A stretch of DNA of 63,695 nucleotides, counting the filler, from Chiloscyllium plagiosum (Eukaryota), in assembly GCF_004010195.1 (NCBI RefSeq). It is 3 parts of one record of this genome, joined end to end, with 100 filler letters (N's around TTAATTAATTAA, not from the genome) between each part and the next. Parts side by side here need not be neighbours in the genome. Positions count along the whole stretch, not along the records: positions 1 to 29,705 come from NC_057715.1; positions 29,806 to 51,223 come from NC_057715.1; 1 more part is not named here. One strand, given 5' to 3'. The translations under genes and the position numbers were made by a program. The notes under the pieces were generated by a model. It was not told where the DNA came from. It worked only from the letters and a program-made list of their open reading frames with translations, and made no database searches. Below are positions 24,101 through 36,112 of the stretch, in pieces; the stretch's first letter is position 1; every line of letters starts with the position of its first letter.

Positions 24101-24233
24101 ATTGAAAATGTAACATCCAAAAGCTGGAACATTGAAAATCGGAAGCAAAGCTACTCTGTAAAAGTGAGAGCAAGAATTAATAATCACTTGGACTTTTCTA
24201 TCTGGAGTGATTGGACTGAGGCTATCATTGTTG
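24101..24233 (+). CDS. Class I cytokine receptor, domain 2 second exon with WSXWS-type motif
   Basis: Acceptor atcattttag, donor G|GTAAGA, phase 0 to 1. Encodes IENVTSKSWNIENRKQSYSVKVRARINNHLDFSIWSDWTEAIIV (YxVxVRAR and WSDWT). Confidence 0.93.
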
Positions 24234-25313
24234 GTAAGACTATCACCTCTCCTAACCAGGTTTGCATTACACACCTAGGATTACAATTTAAAATGCATTG
24301 GGATTGAGAATAGATTGAGCAGGTAGAACAATTTAGCATCTCTGTCCTTTATACTGATTCCTTCGTCATTCCCACTTTGAGCCCTTGGCAAAGTAATGCG
24401 TGGGGGGGTGGATCTAATGAGCAAATGGTTCAGCATAATATACATGAATTATGTGTGTTATTATGCCAATGCTGCCACATTGACTGAGATTTTCAATCAG
24501 CAGTGAGCATGGCCCAAATCAAATCCAATGGAATGTCCTTAGAGTGGGAACTGGGGTAATGGATGATATGTGAGACCCTGTTAACGCCACCAATTATCTC
24601 AATCCCAGAACTGGTGCTGGGCCACATATGTGGTCTTTGGCTGTCCTATAAAGGGTCTGTCCCATCATGATTCAATTTGGTTTTGTAGGCCTTGGGAAAT
24701 CCACCAAGTAACCTACAGTACTTTTGAGTTTTGAAATACTCAGAGGACCATTTTCCTGCTCTGGTCCGGTCAGTCTAAACTGTGAATCCCCAGCATTTCA
24801 CACCCCCACCTGGACCTTCCTGATCTTCCCTCTGAACCACCCAACTGTATCTGTGCCCCCCACAAATGAAGGCCTCTTATTAACCCAACCAATATTTTCA
24901 TTCTGCGCTGCACAGGGCACTGTCAATCTGAACCATGCACAAATTTCTTTCACCATTCTGATCTCCAATCTCTGTTCAAAGCTCTGATCCAACCTCCACA
25001 CCACTCCTTCCCCACATCCCCTTGCCCTCCTCACCTTCAATATCCCCCAGAAGCTCATTCCTCACAATAACCCAGACCTCTGTTCCCTTGATAGCTCTTA
25101 GCATGCATACTGTATTGGTCGAACCAGGAATAGAGTTAGACCAGAGGAAAGTGGTGATTTATTTCTTGTGGGCAGCTCCTTTGTAGCATGGTTGACTACA
25201 TTATGTATCAAACTTGTGAAAGCTGACTGTAACATTCTACTGTGAAAGGAATTGCCATTTCATATTTATATGTGGTCTGAAGAATAATACCCTAATCCTT
25301 TAGCACTATAAGA

Positions 25314-28300
25314 ATGTTGTTGCCGGGGAACTTGTGCGCTTCAATGCTGCCATCGCTGCCCTCAGTGAAACCTGGCAGGAGAGAAGGGAAGGACAGCTCA
25401 GAGAGCAAAGTGAGGACTATACACTTCTCTGGAAAGGGCAGGCCGAAGAGGAGCACCATGAGTATGGAGTCAGCTTCACCATCGAAAACTGGACTGATGG
25501 ACCAACTCAGAGACTCCCCCTGTGGAAGAAGTGAACACGTCATGACTCTCTGGCTCTCCCTTGCTCGGACCCAGTGTGTCAGGAGATTCAGTGTACATGC
25601 ACCAACACTCGATGCAGCAGCTGAGGGCAAGGAAGAACTCTACTCCAGCCTTGACCAATCTCTCTCACGGGTTCCTGCGGCGGACAAACTAATCATGCTC
25701 AACGACTTCAGCGCCAGAGTCAGCAAAAATGCAGATCTCTGGGGTGATGTAATGTGGAAAGAGAGAGTGGGGAAGCAAAATGCCAATGGCACCCTTCTCT
25801 CTGACCAAATGATGTGAACACAACCTCCTCATCACCAACACACTGTTTTGTCAAAGGGATGCATGCAAAACAACATGGCAGCACCTGTGCTCCAAGCACC
25901 ACCACGTCCATGAATGCGTCATCGTCAGAGTGAGGGATCAGAAAGACAATAGAATCACCCACCCCATGGGACAGGAGCTGCTGGCTGATGGACAGACCAT
26001 TACCTGGCTGAGCCAGGATCAACATAAATGCAGCTCCGCTGCAGCGGGAACAACAGATGCAGAGCCGCAAGAAGTTGAACACTGAGGCATTCAAAGACCT
26101 GGAAAAGAGAGCCTCATACAACCAGCTCCTCTCCACAAACCTAGCGACCCTCAGCAACACCAAGTCACAGGATTCCAACAGCCTCTGGTCCACCCTCAAA
26201 GCCGCCATTGTCAATGCCTGCAAAACCTCAGTCGGTCACTTAACCAGGAAACATCAAGACTGGTTTGATGAGAATAATCAGGAGATCCAAGAACTGACAA
26301 GCTGGAAGCGCGTGGCATTTCTGAGTGTACAACAGCCAATGCACTCCGTAGAGAAAAGGCAGACCCACAGGCGACTGAAGGCCAAGGTCTAACAACGAGC
26401 CTGTGACATAAAGAACACCCAGGTGGTGGATGGGGAAAATACTGGCGGCCCGACGAATGGCTGACAGCCATGGTGTGCAGGGTCTCTTCTGGGATGTCAA
26501 GACCACCTAACCCCAAAGACCCCACCACACTGTTGGCCAAGAATGGAGTGACTCTTATCAAAGACAAAGAACCATCAAACAACACTGAGGGGAGCACTCC
26601 AGAGACCTCCACAACCAGGGATCTGTCTTTGATCCGAGTCATGACTTGGAGACGTTAGTGTTGGACTTGGGTGTACAAAGTGAAAGATCACACAACATCC
26701 CTCCATGACTACCTGGTCAGGTCCACGCCCCCCTACAACCCACCCTCCCATCCTGGCACTTACTCCTACCACCGCAGGAACTGTAAAACCTGCGCCCACA
26801 CCTCCTCCCTCACCTCTATCCAAGGCCCTAAAGGAGCCTTCCACATCCATCAAAGTTTTACTTGCACATCCACTAATATCATTTATTGTATCTGTTGCTC
26901 CCGATGCGGTCTCCTCTACATTGGGGAGACTGGGCGCCTCCTAGCAGAGCGCTTTAGGGAACATCTCCAGGACACCGGCACCAATCAACCACTCCGCCCC
27001 GTGGCCCAACATTTCAACCCCCCTCCCACTCTGCTGAGGACATGGAGGTCCTGGGCCTCCTTCACCACCGCTCCCTCACCACCAGACGCCTGGAGGACCC
27101 ACTCACCCATTGTACTCTATGCTACTTTCTCCCCACACCCACCCTCCTCTAGCTTATCTCTACACGCTTCAGGCTCTCTGCCTTTATTCCTGATGAAGTG
27201 CTGTTGCCCGAAACGTCGATTTCGAAGCTTCTCAGATGCTGCCTGAACTGCTGTGCTCTTCCAGCACCACTAATCCAGAATCTGGTTTCCAGCATCTGCA
27301 GTCATTGTTTTTACCAGATTACAGTCCAACAGGTTTATTTGGAAGCACTAGCTTTTGGAATCCTACTCCAATCAGGTGGTTGTGAAGGAGCAGCGCTCTG
27401 AAAGCTAGTGCTTCCAAGTAAACCTGTTGGACTATAACCTGGTGGTGTGTGATTTTTAATGTTGATCTGAGTGTCCTTGAACGCATCCCACTGCACACTC
27501 CATGCCACAAACCCAACAACACCCCAGCCCTGCAAGAAGCAGAAAAGGCCATCAGCCAGCTCCAGAACAATAAGGCTGCTGGAGCAGACGGTATCCCTGT
27601 TGAGGCATTGAAGTGTGGAGGCACAGAGCCCCTGCTGCAGCTACAAGCCCTTGTCTGCCTTATTTGGAAGGAGGAGAGCATCCTGGTAGAGCCCCGAGAT
27701 ACCAGAGTCGGGAGTATTTTTCAAAAAAGGGAACAAATCTGACTGTGGTAACTACAGGGGAATCCCCCAGCTGTCAACAGTTGAAAAAGTCAACGCCAAG
27801 GCCCTCCTCAGCTGTTTCCTCCCTGTGGCTGAGGAACTCCTCCCAGAATTACAGTACGGCTTCAACCACAGAGAGGCACAACAGACATGATTTTCACTGT
27901 GTGACAGCTGCAGGGGAAATGCAGAGAAAAGAACCTATCCCTGTATATGGTCATCTTTGACCTTACAAATGCCTTTACGACTGAGGTAGGTTCCTGACTG
28001 TCAAGGGGATCAAGGGTTATGGGGAGAAAGTGGGAGAATGGGGTTGAGAAACCTATCTGCCATGATTAAATGGCCGAGCAGACTCAATGAGCTGAATGGC
28101 CTAATTGTTGCTCCTGTGTCTTATGGTCCTATGATATTTGGCACCGTCAATTGGGAAGCATGATGGAGCTTCCTTCTCCATGCACCATGCACCACGGAGT
28201 TTGTCACCATCCTTCTGGCCTGCTGCACAATGACATGAAAGTTATGGTAATGACCAATGACTCCCCCACCATTCACTGTTCAGGTTGGTGTCAATTGGGG

Positions 28301-29370
28301 TGTGTCATTGCCCCAGCACTGTTCTCGATCTACCTTGTTGCAATGCTTCACCTCACTGCTGCTGGAGTGGGGCAAATTTACAGAATCGGTGGGAAATTAT
28401 TCAACCTCCCACAGCCTTTAAAACAAAACCAAAGTTACTCCAACCAGTATCATCGAGCTGCAGTATACGGGTGATGCTTATGTATGTGCAAGCTCAGAGT
28501 ACAATCTCCAGACCATTGTCAGCATCTTTATGGAGACATATGAGAGCGTGGGTCTCACCCTGAACATCCACAAGACGAAGGTCCTTTGTCAAACAGGCCT
28601 GGCATTGTAGAGCAAATCCCCAATCATCAAGGTCCATGGGGAGGCCGTAGAGGATGTTGACCACTTCCAATCCCTCAGAAGTGTCCTGTCGGCCAAAGAA
28701 ACTATTGGTGAAGAGATCCAGCGCTGACTCCAGTGTGCTAGCGCAGTCTTCAGCCATCCAAGGAAAAGGGTTTTCAAGGAAAACAACATCAGATCCGACA
28801 CCAAGCTCATGGTTTACACAACTGTGGTGGTTCCCACCCTCCTTTATGGCTCTGAGACGTGGACTATCCACAGCAGGGACCTCAAGGCAGTGGAGCAATC
28901 CTACCAACACTGACTACGCAAGAACTTGCGAACCCGCTGGGAAGACAGACGAGCCAACACCAGCATCCTCCACCAAGCCAACATCCCTGGCATCGACGCA
29001 CTGACCACACCCTCAATTGGTTGCGATGGGCTGGGATCTGACCGACATGAGACTCTCCAAGCAGGTGCTCAGCCCCAAGATGGCAGGTGAGCCCCACATT
29101 GACATTGGAAGTGCTTCTGGGATACCCTCGAGGCCTCACCGGTGAAGTGCGGCATTCCCACCAACACCTGGAATCACTGGACCAAAGACCGTCCAAAGTG
29201 GAGGAGGAGCATTTGGGAAAGCATCCAAAACTTTGAGACTTGCTATCGGGAAAACGCCAAGGCACATCCACCCCTTCCAACGACAATCTTCTGTCCCAGG
29301 TATAGCAGAGTCTGCAGAAGTCACATTGGACTGTACAGCCACCTATGGACTCACTCTGAGAGTGGAAGAG
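25314..29370 (+). mobile_element. RTE-clade LINE, near full-length ORF2 but frameshifted, with nested insertions
   Basis: IAALSETW, SVHAPT, DFSARV, HQDWFDEN, KAAGADGIPVE, GCVIAPALF and a terminal C..C...IGLYSH..TH motif. Confidence 0.85.
26647..27458 (+). mobile_element. Penelope-like GIY-YIG fragment nested in a second Penelope-like hairpin, inside the RTE
   Basis: FTCTSTNIIYCICCSRCGLLYIGETGRLLAERFREH; inverted repeat at about 27320-27435. Confidence 0.85.
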
Positions 29371-29638
29371 AGTCATTATTGTCTGCAATGGTGATAGAAA
29401 TGATAAGTATATCAGAGAGTTAGGGTATGGCTTGGCATGAAAGTCTCCTCCTCCCATTGGTAGCCAAGAAATCCAGGAAAATAGGAACAGGAATGGCCAT
29501 TTGGCTCTTCTAGTCTGTTCTATTCAATCATGACTGAATTATATATTGCCCTAGGCAGAAGTGGGTACTGCAATCAATCATGGATTAGTGGTGCTGGAAG
29601 AGCACAGCAGTTCAGGCAGCATCCGAGGAGCAGTAAAA

Positions 29639-29670
29639 TCGACGTTTCAGGCAAAAGCCCTTCATCAGGA
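29639..29670 (-). ncRNA. Minimal hammerhead ribozyme motif (family 1)
   Basis: Minus strand reads tc-CTGATGA-A-GGGC-tttt-GCCT-GAAACGTC-ga. Confidence 0.6.
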
Positions 29671-29705
29671 ATACAGGCAGAGAGCCTGAAGGGTGGAGAG
29701 ATAAG

Positions 29706-29805
29706 NNNNNNNNNNNNNNNNNNNNNNNNNNNNNNNNNNNNNNNNNNNNTTAATTAATTAANNNNNNNNNNNNNNNNNNNNNNNNNNNNNNNNNNNNNNN
29801 NNNNN
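29706..29805. other. Assembly gap (100 nt) with TTAATTAATTAA filler
   Basis: N run with a central 12-mer at 29750-29761. Confidence 0.95.
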
Positions 29806-30590
29806 GAGGTGCTGCATTTTGGGAAAGCAAATCTTGACAGGACTTATACACTTAATGGTAAGGTCCTAGGGAGTGTTGCTGAACAAACAGACCTTGGAGT
29901 GCAGGTTCATAGCTCCTTGAAAGTCGAGTGTAGGTAGATAGGATAGTGAAGAAGGCATTTGGTATGCTTTCTTTTATTGGTCAGAGTATTGAGTACAGGA
30001 GTTGGGAGGTCATATTGCGGCTGTACAGGACATTGGTTAGGCGCCTGTTGGAATATTGCATGCAATTCTGGTTTCCTTCCTATCGGAAAGGTGTTGTGAA
30101 ACTTTAAAGAATTCAGAAAAGATTTACAAGGATGTTGTCAGGGTTGGAGGATTTGAGCTATCGGGAGAGGCTGAACCGGCTGGGACTGTTTTCCCTGGAG
30201 CGTCGGAGGCTGAGGGATGACCTTATAGATGTTTATAAAATCATGAGGGGCATGGTTAGGATAAAAAGACAAAGTCTTTTCCATGGGCGGGGGAGTCCAG
30301 AACTAGAGAGCATAGGTTTAGGGTGAGAGGGGAAAGATATTAAAGAGATCTAAGAGGTAACTTTTTCACTCAGAGTACGTGTATGGAATGAGCTGCCAGA
30401 GGAAGTGGTCAAGGCGAGTACAATTGCAACATTTAAAAGGCATCTGAATGGCTATATGAATAGGAAGGGTTTGGAGGGATATGGGTCACGCGCTGGTAGG
30501 TGTGACTAGATTGGGTTGGGATATCTGGTCGGCATGGATGAGTTGGACCGAAGGGTCTGTTCCGTGTTGTACATCTCTATGATTCTATAA
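29806..30590 (+). mobile_element. CR1-clade (HER1-like) LINE 3' portion
   Basis: Same family sequence as 1-650. Confidence 0.9.
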
Positions 30591-30904
30591 CTAAAGACAG
30601 ATCTTCCCTCTCTTCAAAATGTAAAAGACTCCATCGCACAAAATTTTTCCAGAAGGGTTAGAGGAGGACCAGTCCATGTGTCCTGGACAGTATTTATCCC
30701 TCAGTCAGTATCTCTAAAGCAGATTATCTTGCTAGTGCCCCAGTGTGAAATTGGCTTGGTGAATACTGGAGAATCTCAACAGGTCTGGCAATATCTGTGG
30801 AGAGAGTAACAGAGTTAACATTTTGAATTCAGTATGGCACTTAGTCTGTTTAAGTTTGCAGTGTGCAAACTGTTATCTGCGTTTTGACTAACTTTAGAGT
30901 TTTC

Positions 30905-31440
30905 AAATCACAGAGACATGGAGCATGGAAACATGCTGACCATAAGCACAAACTAAACTAGTCTCACCTGCCTGCACTTGACTCATATCCCTCCAAACAT
31001 TGCTTAAGCTTACCCAAATATCTTTTAAATGTTGTAACCATATCTGCATTCATCACTTCCTCTGGAATTTCATACCATGCACAAAACACTCTCCGTGTAA
31101 AGAATTGCCCCTCATATCCCTTTTAATTCTTTCTCCTCTCACCTTAAATATATGCCCCCTGTCTTGAAATTTCACCCCCTAAAGAAAAGACAACTGCCAT
31201 TCACCTTATCTATGCCCCGATAAACCTCTATAAGGGCACCTCTCAATTTCCTAACCGCCAGTGAGAAAAGTCCCAGACTATCCAGCCTCTCCTTATAGCT
31301 CAAACCCTCCATTACTGGCAACATCCTGGTGAATCTCTTCTGAACTCTCTCTAGCTCAATAATATCCTTTCTGTAACTGGGTGACCAGAAATGGACACAA
31401 TACTCCAGAAGAGGCCTCACCAACGTTTTGTACAATCTTC
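30905..31440 (-). mobile_element. CR1 LINE 3' end
   Basis: YKTLVRPLLEYCVHFWSP. Confidence 0.85.
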
Positions 31441-31832
31441 AAAGGTCGGGGCTTTGATGTGCTTGAGACATCCTTAGGAGATGTTACATTTTGAAAGGTT
31501 TCGTCCCTCCCCGCCACAATTCACAAAGAACAAAGATGTGAAGGGTTAACATCCCCTGTGACTTTTGAATCGAGCAGTGTTATTCTTGGTTTCTTCCCTT
31601 TAACATTTCCTGTGGGGATAAGGCAACGAATCAGCAGCAAAGCTGGAGGCTACTCACAGAACAAGCTGGTGTCAGAACCACTCAGCATCATCTGCGAAAA
31701 ACTGTTGTCCCCATGGAACCTGGCAATCAGTTTACATAAACCTCATAGTTGCACTTAACGTTGATGGTTAATGGACTGATAATGCTCTCCTCCTTACAGT
31801 AGCAAACCCTCAAGAATGGGGTGGCTAAAGGC

Positions 31833-33180
31833 TGTAACGTTGACTCATTAGATCTGGCAGCAGACAGTTTAGGAGGCTGTATGTGACCCAATCCATTTCA
31901 CGTGAGCCTCTGATTGCATTTGACTTTTGGATAAGGCGCTGTTAGCTGGAGAACACTCTTGGGGTGGACAGAACATGCTCGGCTGATGATATTCTGTTTC
32001 GCCTGAGCGGTACCACAGCACAAACAGGTTCTGCAGGAAAATCAGAATGTGACTGGAAGAGTCACTAGATATGGAGGGAATGGAGAGAAAAAAAAAGATT
32101 TTCCAAAGCAGTACAGCAGGAGAGAGAAAAGTTCCAATTTTAATTCAAAGCTGAAAGTCATTGTAGCTGTAGCTGTGAGTCCATGATAATGTTACACCCT
32201 GTTGAATAAGGGGTAATTAGATTTTTAATGGAATATTGAATTCACAATTACTGCTGAACAGTCTCATAGGCTTTTGAGTATTTGGGAATCTTCCCATATA
32301 TTCATGAGTTGCCTGTTAGCCTTTAGTAACTTATTGACAAGGCTTTGGTTGAATAAATTGCTCTGGTGATGTGTTATCTGAAAGATTAATTTATAATATA
32401 ATTAACTGGACATAAATCTGTCTTAAACATTTTGTAAAGAACCCTGCAAAATAAAAGATACTGGCTACATTAGCATCTAAGTTTTATTCCATCCAAGCAG
32501 ATTGCTTGGATGGAAATAGCAAACTTTCAACACTTTCAGAGAGAGGGCAAGAGATATTGGATTTGAATATAGTGAGTCCGGGATAACTTACATCATTCTC
32601 CCTTTCTCTGTAATGACTCCCATAAAGATTTGTGTGTTGTACACACAACTGTACGTCTTATCATCCAAAGTGGAGGATTCTTAAAGGAGAATTTAAAACC
32701 TATGCCATTATCTCCACAGAAGTGTTCCCAGTTAGCCATAACTGATCCAGGAAGGCACCTCATGCCAAACGCTGATGTAAAATTGGACTACAGATAAGGA
32801 CCAACTTTTGGATGGTTCATGTTTCTTTTTACCCCTGAATCTAATAGCTACTTGACCAAAGCACTTTCAAGTTAACACTCTGCAGAGTTTTACGTTTTTT
32901 TCCCCCACACTTGGAGATTGTGTGAGGGTGAGTAATTTTTAAGGACGTTGGTTGTGCATAGTTGCACAGGTATTATTAATAATCTTTATATGTTTGCTTC
33001 AGTAAATTTCTGTCTGGTTCTTCCTTTGTTCCTTAAGAAATCGGGTTGATGTATTCTGAGCTACCTACAGCCTGATATACAGAAAATTGTCAATATCACC
33101 TCCCTTTTTAAAGGCACACTATGTTGTGACCAGTGGGACAATGAAAGGAATCAGTCCAGCCCTCCCAACTAGGCCATAAC
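31833..33180 (+). mobile_element. Possible long solo LTR
   Basis: Starts TGTAAC and ends ...ccataac, like the LTR at 41309-41950. Non-coding. Confidence 0.35.
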
Positions 33181-33546
33181 TAACGAAAGAAAGGAAAGGT
33201 TTAAGGATGCAGATTTAACGTGATTCATAGAATCCCTACAGTATGGAAGCAGGCTAAGTGTTCCCAGTTAGCCATAACTGATCCAGGAAGGCACCTCATG
33301 CCAAACCTTTGAGGAGAAAGTGAGGTCTGCAGATGCTGGAGATCAGAGATGGAAATGTGTTGCTGGAAAAGCGCAGCAGGTCAGGCAGCATCTAGGGAAC
33401 AGGAGAATCGACGTTTCGGGCATTAGCCCTTCTTCAGGCCTCAGTCCAGCCCTCCCAACTAGGCCATAACTAACGAAAGAAAGGAAAGGTTTAAGGATGC
33501 AGATTTAATGTGATTCATAGAATCCCTACAGTATGGAAGCAGGCTA
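33151..33546 (+). repeat. 106-bp direct duplication flanking a templated 51-bp copy and a Penelope-like fragment
   Basis: 33151-33256 matches 33441-33546 with one mismatch; 33256-33306 matches 32720-32770. Confidence 0.9.
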
Positions 33547-35133
33547 TTTAGCCTATCAAGTCTACAGCACCCCTCTGAAGAGCATCCGACTTAGATCCAT
33601 CCCCCTTCTCTATCCATGTGACCCTGCATTGACCATGGTTAATCCACCTAGCCTGCTAAAATAACTGCACAGAGACCAATAACCTGTTATATGTGCACAG
33701 TACACAGGCTGTGACCAGCCAAGTCTGAGTCAGTCCCTGAAGTTAGGAGATTCTGAATCCCCTGTTTATCTCTGTCAGCCAGAGCTCCCTGATTGGCCCA
33801 AGTTAACAACCCCAATCAAGGATCTCATAGTCAATAGGATCCACCTGGTTCCATTCACTATACCTGGACACTGTAGGCAATTTACCATGGCCAACCCAGC
33901 TAACCTGCATGGCTTTGGACTGTGGGATGAAACCGGAGCACTTGGAGAAAACCCACACTGACATGGGCAGAATGTGCAAACTCCACACAGACAGTTACCT
34001 GAGGTTGTGATCAAACCTGGTCCTTGGTACTATGAGGCAGCAGTGCTAACCACTGAGTCACCATGCTGCCCTCTGAAAGAAGGACATACAGCAACAAGAG
34101 GGAGCTTTCATTTAACACAGTGAAATGTTTTGAGCAGGAATGCACTGATTGGCTAGTAAAAGCTGATTTAATTGTAATGTTCAAAAGAGAATTCTGAAAT
34201 ACTCTAAGAGGTGCATACAGTGCTAAGCAGAAAGAGGAACAAAGTGATATTAAATAGATAACTCCAACAAATAATTACAAAAGGGGCTAATGAATTCCTT
34301 CTGTATAATTAGTTGGAGTTGAACTAAAACTTACATTTTTGTGGCTAAGTATCAGTTCCTTTGAGTTTCACAGAGATTACCCAGTGAGATCTCACAGCAT
34401 ATCTGACCAAACATGCATCAAGATTCCCATCTTCCCCCTAAGGAACTCCTTTGAGAAATTTTAATTCCCTTCTTATCACTCGACATTTCTGAACTTGTCA
34501 CTCACAAGATATGCAGTGTGGCTCATTGGTTCAGTGGTTAGCACTGCTGCCTCACAGCGTCAGGGACTCGTGTTCGATTCCAGCCTCGGGCGACTGCTGT
34601 GTGGAGTTTGTACATTCTCCCTGTGGGTTTGTACATTCTACGTGGGTTTCCTCTGAGTGCTCCGGTTTCTTCCCACAGTCCAAAGCTGTGCAGGTTAGGT
34701 GAATTGGCCATACTAAATTGCCCATAGTGTTCAGGGATGTGTAGGTTAGGTGAATTAGTCAGGAGTAAATATAGGGTAGCGGAAATGGGCCTGGATGAGT
34801 TACTCTTCAGAGGGTCGGTGAGGACATGTTGGGCCGAATGTCCTGTTTCCACACTGTAGGGATTCTATAGCTGCCAGGCAGCAGGATGTAAATTCCCTTG
34901 CCTGAGGAATGCTGACCAGTCAGACAAACTGCTGGTAATCAAAACACAAAGTGTTGGAGGAACTCAACACATCGGGCAGCATCTGTGGCTAGAGAAACAG
35001 AGTTAACATTTTGAGTCCAATATGACTTGTTTGGAATTGAAAGGAGCTAGAAAATAATAATCTTTATATCATAGGCAGAGTGGGAGAAGGAGCAAGTGGA
35101 AAACTTGTGAAACTGCGCAAGAAAAAGACAAAG

Positions 35134-35312
35134 TTGAAAAAGTGTTGCTGGAAAAGCGCAGGAGAATCGACGTTTCAGGCATAAGCCCTTCTTTAGGGCT
35201 TATGCCCGAAATGTCGATTCTCCTGCTCCTTGGATGCTGCCTGACCTGCTGCGCTTTTCCAGCAACACATTTTTCAGCTCTGATCTCCAGCATCTGCGGT
35301 CCTCACTTTCTC
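35134..35312. mobile_element. Penelope-like hairpin with perfect 16-bp flanking duplication
   Basis: caagaaaaagacaaag at 35118-35133 and 35313-35328. Confidence 0.8.
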
Positions 35313-35887
35313 CAAGAAAAAGACAAAGGCAATAATATAATGGTAAAGGAGTGCTAGAGATGTAAAATAGGTGTAAATGATAAGTATAATAAGGACAAAT
35401 ATGGGTCTACTCTGCTAAAAGCAAAGCCAAGAAAGCACAAACTGGAAACAATCAAGGCAGGGAGGGAGATGTCAGAAAATTGGAGGACAGAGGGGTGTAA
35501 TCTGAACTTTTGGTTTTCAATATTGAGTCCTAGAGGTTGCAAAGCGCTTAATTGGAAAATGAGGTGTTATTCTGCCAGTTTGCATTGACCTTTATTAGAA
35601 CACTGCAGCAGGCACAGAAAGGAAATATAAGCTTGGGAACAAGGTAGTTATTTGAAATGATAAGCAACTGGAAGTTCTGTGCATTTGATGCTGCATCTTT
35701 GTAAAAACCTTCTGGAAATCAAGGTGGAGACATCAACCAGATCTCCTTCATCTCCATTGGTTGATATTTCCTCAAAGAGCTTTGAATAATGTCGTCAAAC
35801 AAGATTTTCCATTCATAAAACCATAAAATTCTGCCTGATTGCATTAGAATTTTCAAAGTTCCCTGCTTTAACCTTCTTAACAATAGT

Positions 35888-36112
35888 GTAAAGGTAAAGT
35901 CACCACATTCCTATTGGGCCATGGGGATGCTCTGTCATGAGAGAGAGAAACAATTGATAGTAGTTTAACCTGAGGGTCACCAAATCTCTGGCAAGGGGAG
36001 AGGCTGAGAAGGAGAGTCCTTCATGGTAACCTCAGCCAGTGAAGGAATTGAACCCACTCTGTGAGCATTACTCTATACTGCAAACCAGCTGTCCAGCCAA
36101 CCAAGCTAACCA
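35888..36112 (-). mobile_element. tRNA-derived SINE, third family (also at about 58381-58570 + and partial at 1850-1945 +)
   Basis: GGTTAGCT..GTTGG box A and GGTTCAATTCC box B, with a shared body. Confidence 0.6.

Noticed and set aside
29750..29761. TTAATTAATTAA palindrome (also 51268-51279)
   Set aside because: Identical 12-mer centred in 100-nt N runs; an assembly spacer, not biology.
31800..31828. Good acceptor followed by a short terminal frame (VANPQEWGG*) as a soluble-form last exon
   Set aside because: No supporting homology or adjacent poly(A) signal; could easily be chance.
32944..33001. Phase 1-to-2 hydrophobic candidate TM exon (GRWLCIVAQVLLIIFICLL)
   Set aside because: The phases fit, but the donor is weak (CA|GTAAAT), there is no juxtamembrane linker or basic stop-transfer, a Gln sits mid-helix, and it lies in T-rich, probably LTR-derived sequence. 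Worth checking only if RNA-seq is available.
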